The notes below the pieces were generated by a model, which saw only the letters and a program-made list of their open reading frames with translations, had not been told where the DNA came from and made no database searches. DNA of 64,000 bases from a bacterium (lineage in GTDB: Bacteria; Actinomycetota; Acidimicrobiia; Spongiisociales; JAENVV01). Shown piece after piece: positions 30,495 through 39,794 of the stretch (the stretch's first letter is position 1; the number at the start of each line of letters is the position of its first letter). The DNA is taken from NCBI GenBank assembly GCA_024641305.1, contig JAHEDI010000004.1:2126-66125 (forward strand), written 5' to 3'. Both the position numbers and the translations under genes were made by a program.

Positions 30495-30569
30495 GTGCGA
30501 AAACCTCCAGATAGCAGGACCGCCCGACCGCAGTGTATGCATCCCGGGACCATTACGCCAAGGACCTGA

Positions 30570-30842
30570 CTAGTCCTCCTCGAGGAGTTTGCCGACGTAT
30601 TTACTGCGGCGCTTTCCGTTCTCGCGCCAATACGCGTACCAATAGGGACCATGAGGGCAGGTTGTGCAGGTCGGGCGGCCGCACCGAACCGACTGCTGGC
30701 GAAGGCTCACCTTCGGACTCGCCCCGACCTGGGCGATGGCCCCGGTTCGCTCGAGATGGGCTTGGGTGAGAATGAGCAACCGGCGCAGTTCGTGCTCATC
30801 GAGATCTTTGATGTCGTCAAGGAGATCCCGATCGAGACCCAC
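30570..30842 (-). CDS. DUF6788-like small protein
   Basis: RCG...C..CPHGPYWYAYWRENGK..SKYVGK. Confidence 0.75.
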   Translation of the reverse strand: MGLDRDLLDDIKDLDEHELRRLLILTQAHLERTGAIAQVGASPKVSLRQQSVRCGRPTCTTCPHGPYWYAYWRENGKRRSKYVGKLLEED

Positions 30843-30847
30843 TGCGC

Positions 30848-31072
30848 TCAGGCCACCTCGGAGGGAGCGAACAATCGCACAATATTGCGGCGGTCGGTGA
30901 GCGTCCAGCCCATTGGAGGGGTGAGCCGATCGGCATGGGTCGCACAGACCGGATACCCGGCCCCGGGGACAACTGACCTCGTCAGGTCATCAAGCCACAC
31001 AGCACTCTCGGCATAGTTATAGGACATGATCGACCCGGCTGGGGCCCCGCAGCGTGCGCAATGTTCAAGCAT
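30848..31072 (-). CDS. DUF3499-family protein
   Basis: CARC..A...MSYNYAES.V.L..L.....Y..C..HA.RLT.P.GW. Confidence 0.82.
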   Translation of the reverse strand: MLEHCARCGAPAGSIMSYNYAESAVWLDDLTRSVVPGAGYPVCATHADRLTPPMGWTLTDRRNIVRLFAPSEVA

Positions 31073-31129
31073 GAGGGTGGAGCATATGCGCCATCGCCTC
31101 ATTCACCAAGTATTTCAGGGGCAATTCTT

Positions 31130-31154
31130 CTTACGCGCCAGATTGGCGCGTAAG
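31130..31154. terminator. Perfect 11-bp inverted repeat (terminator or operator)
   Basis: CTTACGCGCCA-GAT-TGGCGCGTAAG just after the 31164 stop; no U-tract on the minus strand. Confidence 0.5.
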
Positions 31155-31163
31155 TCGATTTTG

Positions 31164-31547
31164 TCATTCTCGGGAAAGTTGTAATTTCGCCCGGGCGATT
31201 TGCCGGGGAGTGGGAACACCACCGATATCGAACAACACCTGCCCGGTCCGGCCCGCCACAATCAACCGGGGCACTTCGGAGATCTCAAGGGCGTCAAATA
31301 CGTCACCGTTTGACGCCCATTCGAATTTCCGCACTTCCAGTTCAGCGGCGGCAATGGCCGCGGCCGCTGGAATGCACGAGGCGCAGAGGGCGTCCCCGAA
31401 GTACAAAGCCGCCGGGAATGGACCAAGATCGGCGGGTAGCCGGCGAACAGGCGAACGTCTATCAAGCCGTCGTACCAACCAGACGCTGAACCCCACCACG
31501 GCTGCTACGGCAAGGAGAATGACGAGACGACCGACCGGTTCACTCAT
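31164..31547 (-). CDS. Membrane-anchored thioredoxin-like protein
   Basis: N-terminal TM, YF....CASC, cis-Pro-like EVP. Confidence 0.6.
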   Translation of the reverse strand: MSEPVGRLVILLAVAAVVGFSVWLVRRLDRRSPVRRLPADLGPFPAALYFGDALCASCIPAAAAIAAAELEVRKFEWASNGDVFDALEISEVPRLIVAGRTGQVLFDIGGVPTPRQIARAKLQLSRE

Positions 31548-32820
31548 TGACAAAGGGCCGTCCAATCGCGTACGCCACTCCGTTTTCGCTCACCGCATAC
31601 CATCCAACCACCACCGGACCGGTGGCCGAGACCTGCATTCCTCCTTCGGAGACCGGCACCGAAACGGACGTGAACCCCCCTGCGGCGACCACCACCTTGT
31701 CCTGGCCGAGTCCGCTCACCACTGTGGCAGTAATGTCATCGAGGGTCGGATTGAGAATCACCACGGTGGTTTCCGGGAGGGCGCCGACCCCCGGCAAGAG
31801 CCAATCTTTGGCAGACACAGTCGATCCCGCCACGGACGCTCGACCACCCTCACCCCGGCTCACCAAGAAGGCCGCCATGGGACCGTCAGCCTGAACAATG
31901 TACCCTTCGCCCGCCGCCAGTTCGATCGTCGCTACTTGTCGAGGATCAACGCTCCCCCGATCAAGCTCTTCACCAGCCCCACTCGAAGTCGCCCGGCCAA
32001 CCTGATAACCGATCGGTGTCGCCGAAGGGTTCACGAGAACGAGTGTGTTCGCCAGCTCAGGAACCCCCCCGAACGGGAAATACCACTCGCTGGCAGGCGC
32101 CACACCTGAGAGGACGGCGGCGCCACCGGCGCTTGCTTGCTCTACGAACGTAGGGATCACCCTGCCATCGGTTTGCTCGATTTCAACCGAGAGCCACTCG
32201 CGGAACCCGAGAATGTCCGTCAATGCGATCGTCCGGCTTGATTGGGCCGGAACCGAGACCGCCTCCAGGCTTTGATCCGGTTCACTCCCGTTCTCGGACA
32301 ATGCCCGGATTGTCAGCTTGGCATCTTCCGGGAAAGGGTTGAACAAGCGAAGATCCAGAGTGAGGCCCTCTGCGGTCGAACCGCCCCCGAGCACCCAGAC
32401 ATCCGGCACCGTGGACGGACAACTGGCCGCCACAAGACCGAGGACTCCGTCGCCAACAGCCGTGGCTGCGGCTGGTCCTGCGGCGAACTCGACGATCGCC
32501 CCTTCAACACCCACCGGGAGCACCGAAGCGACCCTCACCGAACCAAAGGGAGCGACCGCCCGCGGCTCGCTGGAAACGACCTCCCCGTTCTGCAAAACGG
32601 TAACGGTGGCCTGGGTGTCGCGAGATGATGCCAATTGGACCGACATGTCAATCGCAGAATCCGACCGAACCCATCCGCAGTAGGCAACGCTCGTAGCCGA
32701 AACTGGTACCGCTATCACACTACTTGGCACGGTCGGAATCGTCGGCACCGGTCTGACGGGAAGCAACGCGACAAACAATCCGGCCGCCACGAGACTCAGA
32801 AGCAACGTCGTCCGCTTCAT
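31540..32820 (-). CDS. DUF5719-like secreted beta-repeat protein
   Basis: N-terminal hydrophobic helix; repeated W.(L/F).G...L.(L/F)NP units; position after GT membrane gene. Confidence 0.75.
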   Translation of the reverse strand: MKRTTLLLSLVAAGLFVALLPVRPVPTIPTVPSSVIAVPVSATSVAYCGWVRSDSAIDMSVQLASSRDTQATVTVLQNGEVVSSEPRAVAPFGSVRVASVLPVGVEGAIVEFAAGPAAATAVGDGVLGLVAASCPSTVPDVWVLGGGSTAEGLTLDLRLFNPFPEDAKLTIRALSENGSEPDQSLEAVSVPAQSSRTIALTDILGFREWLSVEIEQTDGRVIPTFVEQASAGGAAVLSGVAPASEWYFPFGGVPELANTLVLVNPSATPIGYQVGRATSSGAGEELDRGSVDPRQVATIELAAGEGYIVQADGPMAAFLVSRGEGGRASVAGSTVSAKDWLLPGVGALPETTVVILNPTLDDITATVVSGLGQDKVVVAAGGFTSVSVPVSEGGMQVSATGPVVVGWYAVSENGVAYAIGRPFVNE

Positions 32821-35570
32821 GCTCGGTTCCGGACCCCGACCACGGCCGCCAGCCCGGCGAGGAGTATGGCGCCGGCCGCTGCCCAGGCAAAGACCCGAAC
32901 CAGTTGATCGGTTGAGGCTTCGATCACTCCGGTCGATCCATCCATCACAACCGGCAGGGCTGATTGACCGAATGGAGTCGGATTGACAGCGATAAGAACC
33001 TGCGGGGCCGGATCGCCAACGAAGGTCGCCCCGTCAGCCCGCCATGGCCGACCAGATTCGGTTCGGGCCACAAAGGCCGGATACACGTTTTCATAAACGG
33101 TGAATACCCCGTCGCCCACCGCCAGTTGCTTGAGATCGAGCTTGCTTTCAAATGCCGGGTTCAGCGTGGTGGGAGCCGTCACAACTATCCATCGAATCCC
33201 CAACTTGCCGAGGTCCTGACCGGGCCGCAGCACATCCCGGTCGACCGCCCTCGAGAGGACCGTTTCCAGTTCACGATCCGCTTCGCGGTAGACAGGCAAC
33301 CACGCTTCGCCGAGGGTCAGTTCGCCATTCATAACCTTATAGGGAACACCGTTGAGCTGACGAGATTGCCCTGGCAGGCCAGGTCCGACAAACAGAATCC
33401 TTCCGAGTGGGGCATCGGCTGATCGAGCCGCCACGAGTTCGACGACTTCCGAATAACGATCTGCCGGTAGTCCCCATCGTCCGGTTCCGATCGTGAGGCC
33501 GACCATGACCAGCGCCGCCACGACCGCGACCTGGCTGAAGATCAGCACAACCCGGGCAATGCCGGTATGGCCAGGCAGCCCGCCGGCCACTCCACCGACC
33601 ACCAACGCAGTACCGAGGGCGACCAGTACCATGCCGGCAGCAGACGGCTCCAAGCCATCCGAGACCAACAAGAGGACCGAACCGGCTATCAGAACCAGGG
33701 CTCCCACCCCGGCGATATTCAGATACGGTTCGGATCCGGACAAGACAGCCAGAAACACCCCAGCCCCAAGACCGACCACCCACCACAGCGGTGGAGCGAA
33801 CGGCAGTGCGGATCCTCCGTTGATAAGGTCCCCGAGAGCCGAAAACCATAGCCACGGACCCAACACAGCCAACCCACCAAGTCCACCGACCAACGCCCTA
33901 ATGAGGACGGAAAACGTCGAACCGGTCCCAAATACCGCCCACAGCAGAGCCACCAGTAGTGCGCCGAACAAGGCCAACGGAACGAAGGCAGCAACCACGA
34001 AGCTCGCCAACAGCAAGCCCCCAAGGCGCCCGATCCGTTGGCGAAGTCCCTTCGGCCAGGCGACCAACACACTGGTAATCATCCACGGGGTGGCGGCGAT
34101 CGCCGGAAACGCCGGCCAGTAACCGGCGTCTCCATAGACCGCTGCGGCGAGCGTTCCCATCGCGGCCAACCCACCCAGCACCGCCGGTACCCCATCGATC
34201 CCGAACGTGCGAAGTAGTCGCCGCATCCCGAAAAGTCCCAGCAACACCGATCCGGTCACCATCAAAAGCAGCGCAGAATCAGCGAAGACCAGCTGCACCA
34301 TGGCCAGGGCCGCCACGGCCGGATGGCCGGGACCGGCCGTCCCGAACCCGATCGGATTCCATCCACCGGCATACGAAGCGATCGCAGAACCGGGAACCTG
34401 CGGAAGCGCCAGGACATAGCCGGCCACCGGCATACCCGATAGGAGCAGCGAACGCGTCCCGATGACAACTGCGAACAACGCCGCGATCAGGTAGCCGAAA
34501 CCCGGTCGCTGCCAGAACATACGCTCCTCATCCAAACGAGAGGCGAGCCCCAATCGATTTGACCGCGCCCTGGCCCAGAGGGTCAGGTCCGACCCCAACT
34601 TGGCGAGAGACAATGACCCTGACCGCTGGTACCTGAAGAGTTCTCCGTCATCGACCTGGACGATCTTGCGCGCCTGACGTCGGGCCAGCCAGGTGTTTGG
34701 CAGGTGTTTGACACTCCACCCGACCCCCATAAGCAAGTCCAGAATTGGCCGTACCTCGAACATAAGCAGGCGACCGGCCGCATCGACCAGCCCGACCAAG
34801 ACCGCCATTGGCAGAACCCAGGCGGTTGTCCAACCAGAATACATTTTGGCGCTCGCTCGCCATCGGGCCGCCGGCTCGCGCCAGGCCGGTAGTAGGGCGT
34901 GGCAGGTTCCGGCATGGACAACTTCCGAGGACGGGACTACTGCCACCCGCCCGCCCGCCGAACGGGCTCGACCGGCGAAGTCGATCGCCTGGGTTAGGGG
35001 CGGTAACAATCGATCGGGCCCGCCGAGGCCTTTGAGCAGGTCACGCCGGATCAATACGGATTCACCCGGAACGAAGGCGACATCTCGAACGACGTCATAC
35101 TGCTCCTGATCGAGCTCGCCGGCCGCCAACCCGGTATCTGCCACCAAAAATACATCGGTGGATCCACCGACCGATTCGAGTATCGCCGAATTGGCGGCGG
35201 TCAAAACCTTGGAACCGACCAGCGAAGCGTCGATCTGTTCGGCAGCCTGGACGAGGGCCCGCAGGGCATCGGGCCTCGGTACGGCATCGTCATGAATCAT
35301 CCACACGTGGGTGATATCCGGCGTCAGCTGCTCGATGAGTTCAGTCGTCGTCTTCACCCAGTGCGCGACAGCCTCAGTAGCTGCTTGCTGGCTGGGGACT
35401 CCGCCACCGATAACGAACCGTTCGGCGACCTCGCCGATCGCCGTGGTTTTCAGAATGCTACGAACCCTCGACGCATCAGAGGCGTAGACGGCGACAGCCA
35501 CGGTCGCGAGTGAGGTGAGATTTGCGGTTGCCATCTGATCCATTGTGTCGTTGTCTGCGCGCCTAGGCAA
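32817..35570 (-). CDS. Large GT2-domain + polytopic membrane protein
   Basis: WMIHDDA.P..AL..L, GELDQEQYD; over 10 TM segments; start uncertain. Confidence 0.8.
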   Translation of the reverse strand: MPRRADNDTMDQMATANLTSLATVAVAVYASDASRVRSILKTTAIGEVAERFVIGGGVPSQQAATEAVAHWVKTTTELIEQLTPDITHVWMIHDDAVPRPDALRALVQAAEQIDASLVGSKVLTAANSAILESVGGSTDVFLVADTGLAAGELDQEQYDVVRDVAFVPGESVLIRRDLLKGLGGPDRLLPPLTQAIDFAGRARSAGGRVAVVPSSEVVHAGTCHALLPAWREPAARWRASAKMYSGWTTAWVLPMAVLVGLVDAAGRLLMFEVRPILDLLMGVGWSVKHLPNTWLARRQARKIVQVDDGELFRYQRSGSLSLAKLGSDLTLWARARSNRLGLASRLDEERMFWQRPGFGYLIAALFAVVIGTRSLLLSGMPVAGYVLALPQVPGSAIASYAGGWNPIGFGTAGPGHPAVAALAMVQLVFADSALLLMVTGSVLLGLFGMRRLLRTFGIDGVPAVLGGLAAMGTLAAAVYGDAGYWPAFPAIAATPWMITSVLVAWPKGLRQRIGRLGGLLLASFVVAAFVPLALFGALLVALLWAVFGTGSTFSVLIRALVGGLGGLAVLGPWLWFSALGDLINGGSALPFAPPLWWVVGLGAGVFLAVLSGSEPYLNIAGVGALVLIAGSVLLLVSDGLEPSAAGMVLVALGTALVVGGVAGGLPGHTGIARVVLIFSQVAVVAALVMVGLTIGTGRWGLPADRYSEVVELVAARSADAPLGRILFVGPGLPGQSRQLNGVPYKVMNGELTLGEAWLPVYREADRELETVLSRAVDRDVLRPGQDLGKLGIRWIVVTAPTTLNPAFESKLDLKQLAVGDGVFTVYENVYPAFVARTESGRPWRADGATFVGDPAPQVLIAVNPTPFGQSALPVVMDGSTGVIEASTDQLVRVFAWAAAGAILLAGLAAVVGVRNRA

Positions 35571-35622
35571 TCTGGCCGGGTGGGGAGACTAGATTGCCGA
35601 CCAATCAACCAAAGGCCACGCC

Positions 35623-36540
35623 ATGAATATCGTCATGTTATCGGGTGGAGTCGGAGGGGCGCGACTTGCGCGCGGATTGGCTCGCGCCCCCGGGGTCGAC
35701 CTCACGGTAATCGTAAACGTAGGTGACGACGACACTGATTACGGACTGGCAGTATCTCCAGATCTCGACACCGTTATGTACACCATCATCGGCTCCGAAT
35801 CGGAGGCCGGCTTCGGACTTGCCTACGACTCATTTGCAGTCATGAACCGACTTGAGGACTTCGGAATCGACACGGCCATGCGGATCGGCGACCGCGATAT
35901 CGCCGCCAAGCTGTTCCGCACTATCGAGCTCCATCGCGGGATCCCCCTTTCGGAAATCATCGGGCGAATGGCTGAGGTGCTCAGCATCGAAGCGACCATC
36001 CTGCCGGCCACCGACGACTCGCTCCGCACCGAGATCCTCACCGCCGAGGGTGACTGGCTGTCATTTCGGGAATACTTCGTCACGCGCGGGCACCAAGACG
36101 AAGTAGTCGATCTGAGATTCGCTGGCGCCAACCTCGCCACACCTGCCCCAGGCGTGATCTCGGCCATCACCAATGCCGATGCCATCGTCATCGGCCCGAG
36201 CAACCCTCCGCTTTCGATCTGGCCGATCCTCGCCATCGCGGGTATATCCGACGCCATCATGGACCGACCGCGAGTGATTGCGGTGAGTCCTCTGATCGGG
36301 GGGAAGACCCTCAAGGGTCCGGCCGACCGAGTGCTGGTTTCGCTCGGATTGCCGCCGGGAAACGAGGGGGTACTCGGTGCCTACGGTGGGCTCATCAACG
36401 AACTCGTCATCGACCAACAAGATGCAACTGACCGTGGCCATCTGACCGCCCTCGGGGCGAGGGTACACGTCCGCAACACCCGCCTGGCAACCATGGAAGC
36501 ATCTGTCAACTTCGCCGAGTGGCTGATCGAGGTGCTGTGA
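35623..36540 (+). CDS. cofD: 2-phospho-L-lactate transferase (F420 biosynthesis)
   Basis: LSGGVGGAR, NVGDD, SPDLDTVMY, GDRD, F.EYFV, PSNP..SI.PIL, K.LKGPA. Confidence 0.96.
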   Translation: MNIVMLSGGVGGARLARGLARAPGVDLTVIVNVGDDDTDYGLAVSPDLDTVMYTIIGSESEAGFGLAYDSFAVMNRLEDFGIDTAMRIGDRDIAAKLFRTIELHRGIPLSEIIGRMAEVLSIEATILPATDDSLRTEILTAEGDWLSFREYFVTRGHQDEVVDLRFAGANLATPAPGVISAITNADAIVIGPSNPPLSIWPILAIAGISDAIMDRPRVIAVSPLIGGKTLKGPADRVLVSLGLPPGNEGVLGAYGGLINELVIDQQDATDRGHLTALGARVHVRNTRLATMEASVNFAEWLIEVL

Positions 36541-37223
36541 ACCTCGAGATTTTTGGGGTGCCCGGGATCGGCGAGGTCAAGGCCGGCGACGACGTCGCCG
36601 ATCTGATCCTGGCAGCACTTCCCCGTCCCCTCCAGGACGCCGATATTGTGGTTGTCACTCACAAAATCGTGTCCAAGGCAGAGGGATCTGTTCTTGCAGC
36701 ATCCACCGACGAAGCTCGCAAGGCCATCGTTGAAGCCGAATCGGCAGGGATCATCCGTCGGCGAGGACAGTTGATCATTTCTATAACCAGGCACGGCTTC
36801 ATCTGTGCCAATGCAGGCGTTGACCGTTCGAACGTCGAGCCTGGAAACGTGGTTCTCCTCCCGAGGGACCCAGATGCCAGCGCCCACCGCATCCGGCACC
36901 GCCTTGAACGGGCGACCGGCACTTTGCTCGGAGTGATCATCACGGACACGTTCGGGCGACCCTGGAGACGCGGGCTGACCGACGTGGCCATCGGCATCTC
37001 GGGACTCCCAGCCCTGATCGATTACCGGGGAACGTCCGACACCTTTGGTTCGGTTCTCGAGGTGACCGAGGTAGCCGCCGTCGATGAGATTGCGGCGGCC
37101 GCAGATCTGGTCATGGGCAAGGCGACCGGCACGCCCGTGGCCGTGGTGCGCGGCCTCAACCTCCGTGGTGAGGGACGGGCCATCGACCTCGTTCGACCGC
37201 CGGACGAAGACCTATTCCGCTAG
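36537..37223 (+). CDS. cofE: Coenzyme F420-0:L-glutamate ligase (no C-terminal nitroreductase domain)
   Basis: KIVSKAEG, ANAGVDRSN, DPDASA, DTFGRPWR.G, DE.A.AADL. Confidence 0.95.
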   Translation: MNLEIFGVPGIGEVKAGDDVADLILAALPRPLQDADIVVVTHKIVSKAEGSVLAASTDEARKAIVEAESAGIIRRRGQLIISITRHGFICANAGVDRSNVEPGNVVLLPRDPDASAHRIRHRLERATGTLLGVIITDTFGRPWRRGLTDVAIGISGLPALIDYRGTSDTFGSVLEVTEVAAVDEIAAAADLVMGKATGTPVAVVRGLNLRGEGRAIDLVRPPDEDLFR

Positions 37224-38149
37224 CGGTACGAGCGAACCGTCTCGGCTACTCCTTCGACAACCGCCGTCCACGGTGCCCAATCAAGGCCTCGCACGGCTGC
37301 CGATGCGTCAAGGGCGGACCTCTCGATATCTCCCGGTTTGGGAGCTTCGAAAATCGGTGTGGCCGGTCCTCCGGTTGCTTTGGCAATGAGCCCATACAAA
37401 TCCGAGATACTCGTCTCCGTGCCAGTACCGACGTGATAGGTCCGCCCGACATTCGTGGTTCGACTCGCCCTGAAGAAGGCGTCTGCCACATCTGCCACAA
37501 AGACAAAATCGCGGGTCTGGCCGCCCCCGCCGAAAATGGTTCCTGGTCTTCCCGCCAGCAACGTCTCAACAAAGATGGCCACCACCCCACCCTCAGCATG
37601 GGCTCTCTGCCGCGGCCCGTAGACGTTGGCTGGAGCGATCACCACATGGTCGAGGCCATACGTTCGCTGATACATGGCCAAATATTCGCTCGCCGCCAAC
37701 TTGGCGACGCCATACGGCGAAATCGGACGAGGCTTCTGCGTCTCCTTCGTTGGGATCGCCGAACCGGGCCCGGCAAGCGCACCGCCCGATGAGGCAAACA
37801 CAATCCTCCCTGCCCCGGATCGGCGGCAGGCCTCCAACACCGAAATCGTCCCCAGAACATTGACCTGAGCGTCGTACATCGGGTCTGCCATGGAAACCGA
37901 CACCGAGGCCTGGGCGGCAAGATGGAACACCGTGTCGGGTCGGAACCGCCCCAGAACCACACCAAGGTCACGATCAAGAATGTCGATGGTGTGGACCTTC
38001 ACACTGCCGAATTCACGAGCGGACTTCAGATTGTCGAGATGGCCGGAAGACAAGTCATCGATGACCAGGACCTCGTCGCCCTCATTGACGAGCCTGTCAA
38101 CAAGATGCGACCCGATAAACCCGGCTCCGCCTGTCACAACAGCTCTCAT
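37220..38149 (-). CDS. NAD-dependent epimerase/dehydratase (UDP-glucose 4-epimerase-like)
   Basis: GGAGFIG, HLAAQ, YGVAK, NVYGPRQ, TRDFV.V.D. Confidence 0.93.
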   Translation of the reverse strand: MRAVVTGGAGFIGSHLVDRLVNEGDEVLVIDDLSSGHLDNLKSAREFGSVKVHTIDILDRDLGVVLGRFRPDTVFHLAAQASVSVSMADPMYDAQVNVLGTISVLEACRRSGAGRIVFASSGGALAGPGSAIPTKETQKPRPISPYGVAKLAASEYLAMYQRTYGLDHVVIAPANVYGPRQRAHAEGGVVAIFVETLLAGRPGTIFGGGGQTRDFVFVADVADAFFRASRTTNVGRTYHVGTGTETSISDLYGLIAKATGGPATPIFEAPKPGDIERSALDASAAVRGLDWAPWTAVVEGVAETVRSYR

Positions 38150-38862
38150 TCTGACCGGCTCCAATGACGTCTCGGCACGAACCGCCACTTCACGAGGGCG
38201 ACCAGCGCCGGGAGGCCGTCTTTCCAGCTGATCTTCTTGCCTTCGTCAACTTCGCGACCAGCGTAGGTAATCGGAACTTCCCAGATACGATGGCCAGACC
38301 GGAGAAGCTTGGCCGTAATCTCTGGTTCGATCTCAAAGCGGTTCGAGGTCAAAACCAGACTCTGAGCGACGTTCGTATCAATCATTTTTGAACATGTCTC
38401 CATGTCTGAGATCGTGGTGTTGTAGAGGACATTGGTCACCAGGCTCAAGAAGCGATTTCCAACCCAGTGCCAGAACATCATATTGCGACGCTCACCGGTG
38501 AATCTGGACCCGTAAACCACTTTGGCCAATCCCTCATTAAGCGGCCGAAGCATGGCCACCCAATCACGTGGATCGTATTCAAGATCGGCGTCATAAATGA
38601 CCAACACATCGCCCGTGGCCGCTTCGATCCCTCTCCGAACCGCCGCCCCTTTTCCCTGATTGGACGGCTGCTCGATGAAACGAACGGTCGAGTCCACCAA
38701 TTGGCGCACGACCTCCTGGGTGCCATCGGTCGAACCGTCATCGACGACGATCAGTTCCCGATCGACCGGCAGGAGTTCATCGCGAGCGCGTCGGATCGCT
38801 TCGGCGATCGTCCGCCGCTCGTTGAAAACCGGGATTATTACCGTCAGCTTGGAATAGGTCAT
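38146..38862 (-). CDS. GT2 glycosyltransferase (DPM1-like)
   Basis: IPVFNE, DDGSTDGT, NQGKG, DADLEY, GSRF, DMETC.K, GKKISWKDG. Confidence 0.93.
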   Translation of the reverse strand: MTYSKLTVIIPVFNERRTIAEAIRRARDELLPVDRELIVVDDGSTDGTQEVVRQLVDSTVRFIEQPSNQGKGAAVRRGIEAATGDVLVIYDADLEYDPRDWVAMLRPLNEGLAKVVYGSRFTGERRNMMFWHWVGNRFLSLVTNVLYNTTISDMETCSKMIDTNVAQSLVLTSNRFEIEPEITAKLLRSGHRIWEVPITYAGREVDEGKKISWKDGLPALVALVKWRFVPRRHWSRSE

Positions 38863-39794
38863 GTCTGGGCTCTCAGGTACTCGACGGTTCTTTCCAAACC
38901 GGAGGCAAGATCCGTCGTGGCTCGCCATCCCGTCGCATCATGCATTGCCCGCAAGTCAGGTCTCCGGACTTTAGGGTCACCATCGGGAAGCGGCACAAAG
39001 GTGCGTCCTGACCGGCCGAGCAATTCTTGCACAGCGTCGGCCAATTCAAGCATGCTGATCTCGACATCATTTCCAAGGTTTAGGGGTCCGGGTAATTGTC
39101 GGTCGACAACCATCATCAGACCATCGACAATGTCGTCGACGTAACAAAAGGACCGAGTCTGGGATCCGTCACCGAAGAGCGGCAACGGCTTGCCCGCCAA
39201 GGCCGCAGAGATGAACGCGGTCACGACACGGCCGTCTTGTGGATTCATACCCGGTCCATAGGTATTAAAGAGCCGAACCACGGACGATCTCGTATGACGT
39301 TCCGATCTCCGGTAGGCGTACACGAGAGCCTCGGCATATCGTTTCCCCTCGTCATAACAAGCGCGCGGTCCCCGAACGTCGACAGACCCCGGGTAGCTCT
39401 CAACCTGCGGATGAACTTCCGGATCACCGTAGACCTCAGAAGTCGACGTAAACAGCAAGTGAGCACCCGATTCGGCGGCCAGATCAAGCATTTGTCGAGT
39501 CCCTTCGGCTGCCGTGCGAAGCGTCCCGACCGGATCCAACAGATACCGGGGCGGCGAGGCCGGCGAGGCCAAATGGCAGATCAATTGGAACGGTTGCCCC
39601 AGCAATGGCGGCGACACGACCGACCCCTCCACAATGGTGGCGGGAAGGTCGGCCGCAGCAGGCGATGGAGACGAGAAATCATCGAGCACCGTGACATCCC
39701 AGCCATCGGCATTGAGGCGCCTTACCAAATGGCAGCCCAGGAAACCCGCCCCACCGGTAACCAGCGCCCGTCCAGGTTCCAAACCAACCCTCAC
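38859..39794 (-). CDS. UDP-glucuronate decarboxylase (UDP-xylose synthase) family
   Basis: GGAGFLG, HLASPASP..Y, STSEVYGDP..HPQ.E.Y.G.V, YDEGKR, FNTYGP, QTRSFCY. Confidence 0.9.
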   Translation of the reverse strand: MRVGLEPGRALVTGGAGFLGCHLVRRLNADGWDVTVLDDFSSPSPAAADLPATIVEGSVVSPPLLGQPFQLICHLASPASPPRYLLDPVGTLRTAAEGTRQMLDLAAESGAHLLFTSTSEVYGDPEVHPQVESYPGSVDVRGPRACYDEGKRYAEALVYAYRRSERHTRSSVVRLFNTYGPGMNPQDGRVVTAFISAALAGKPLPLFGDGSQTRSFCYVDDIVDGLMMVVDRQLPGPLNLGNDVEISMLELADAVQELLGRSGRTFVPLPDGDPKVRRPDLRAMHDATGWRATTDLASGLERTVEYLRAQT

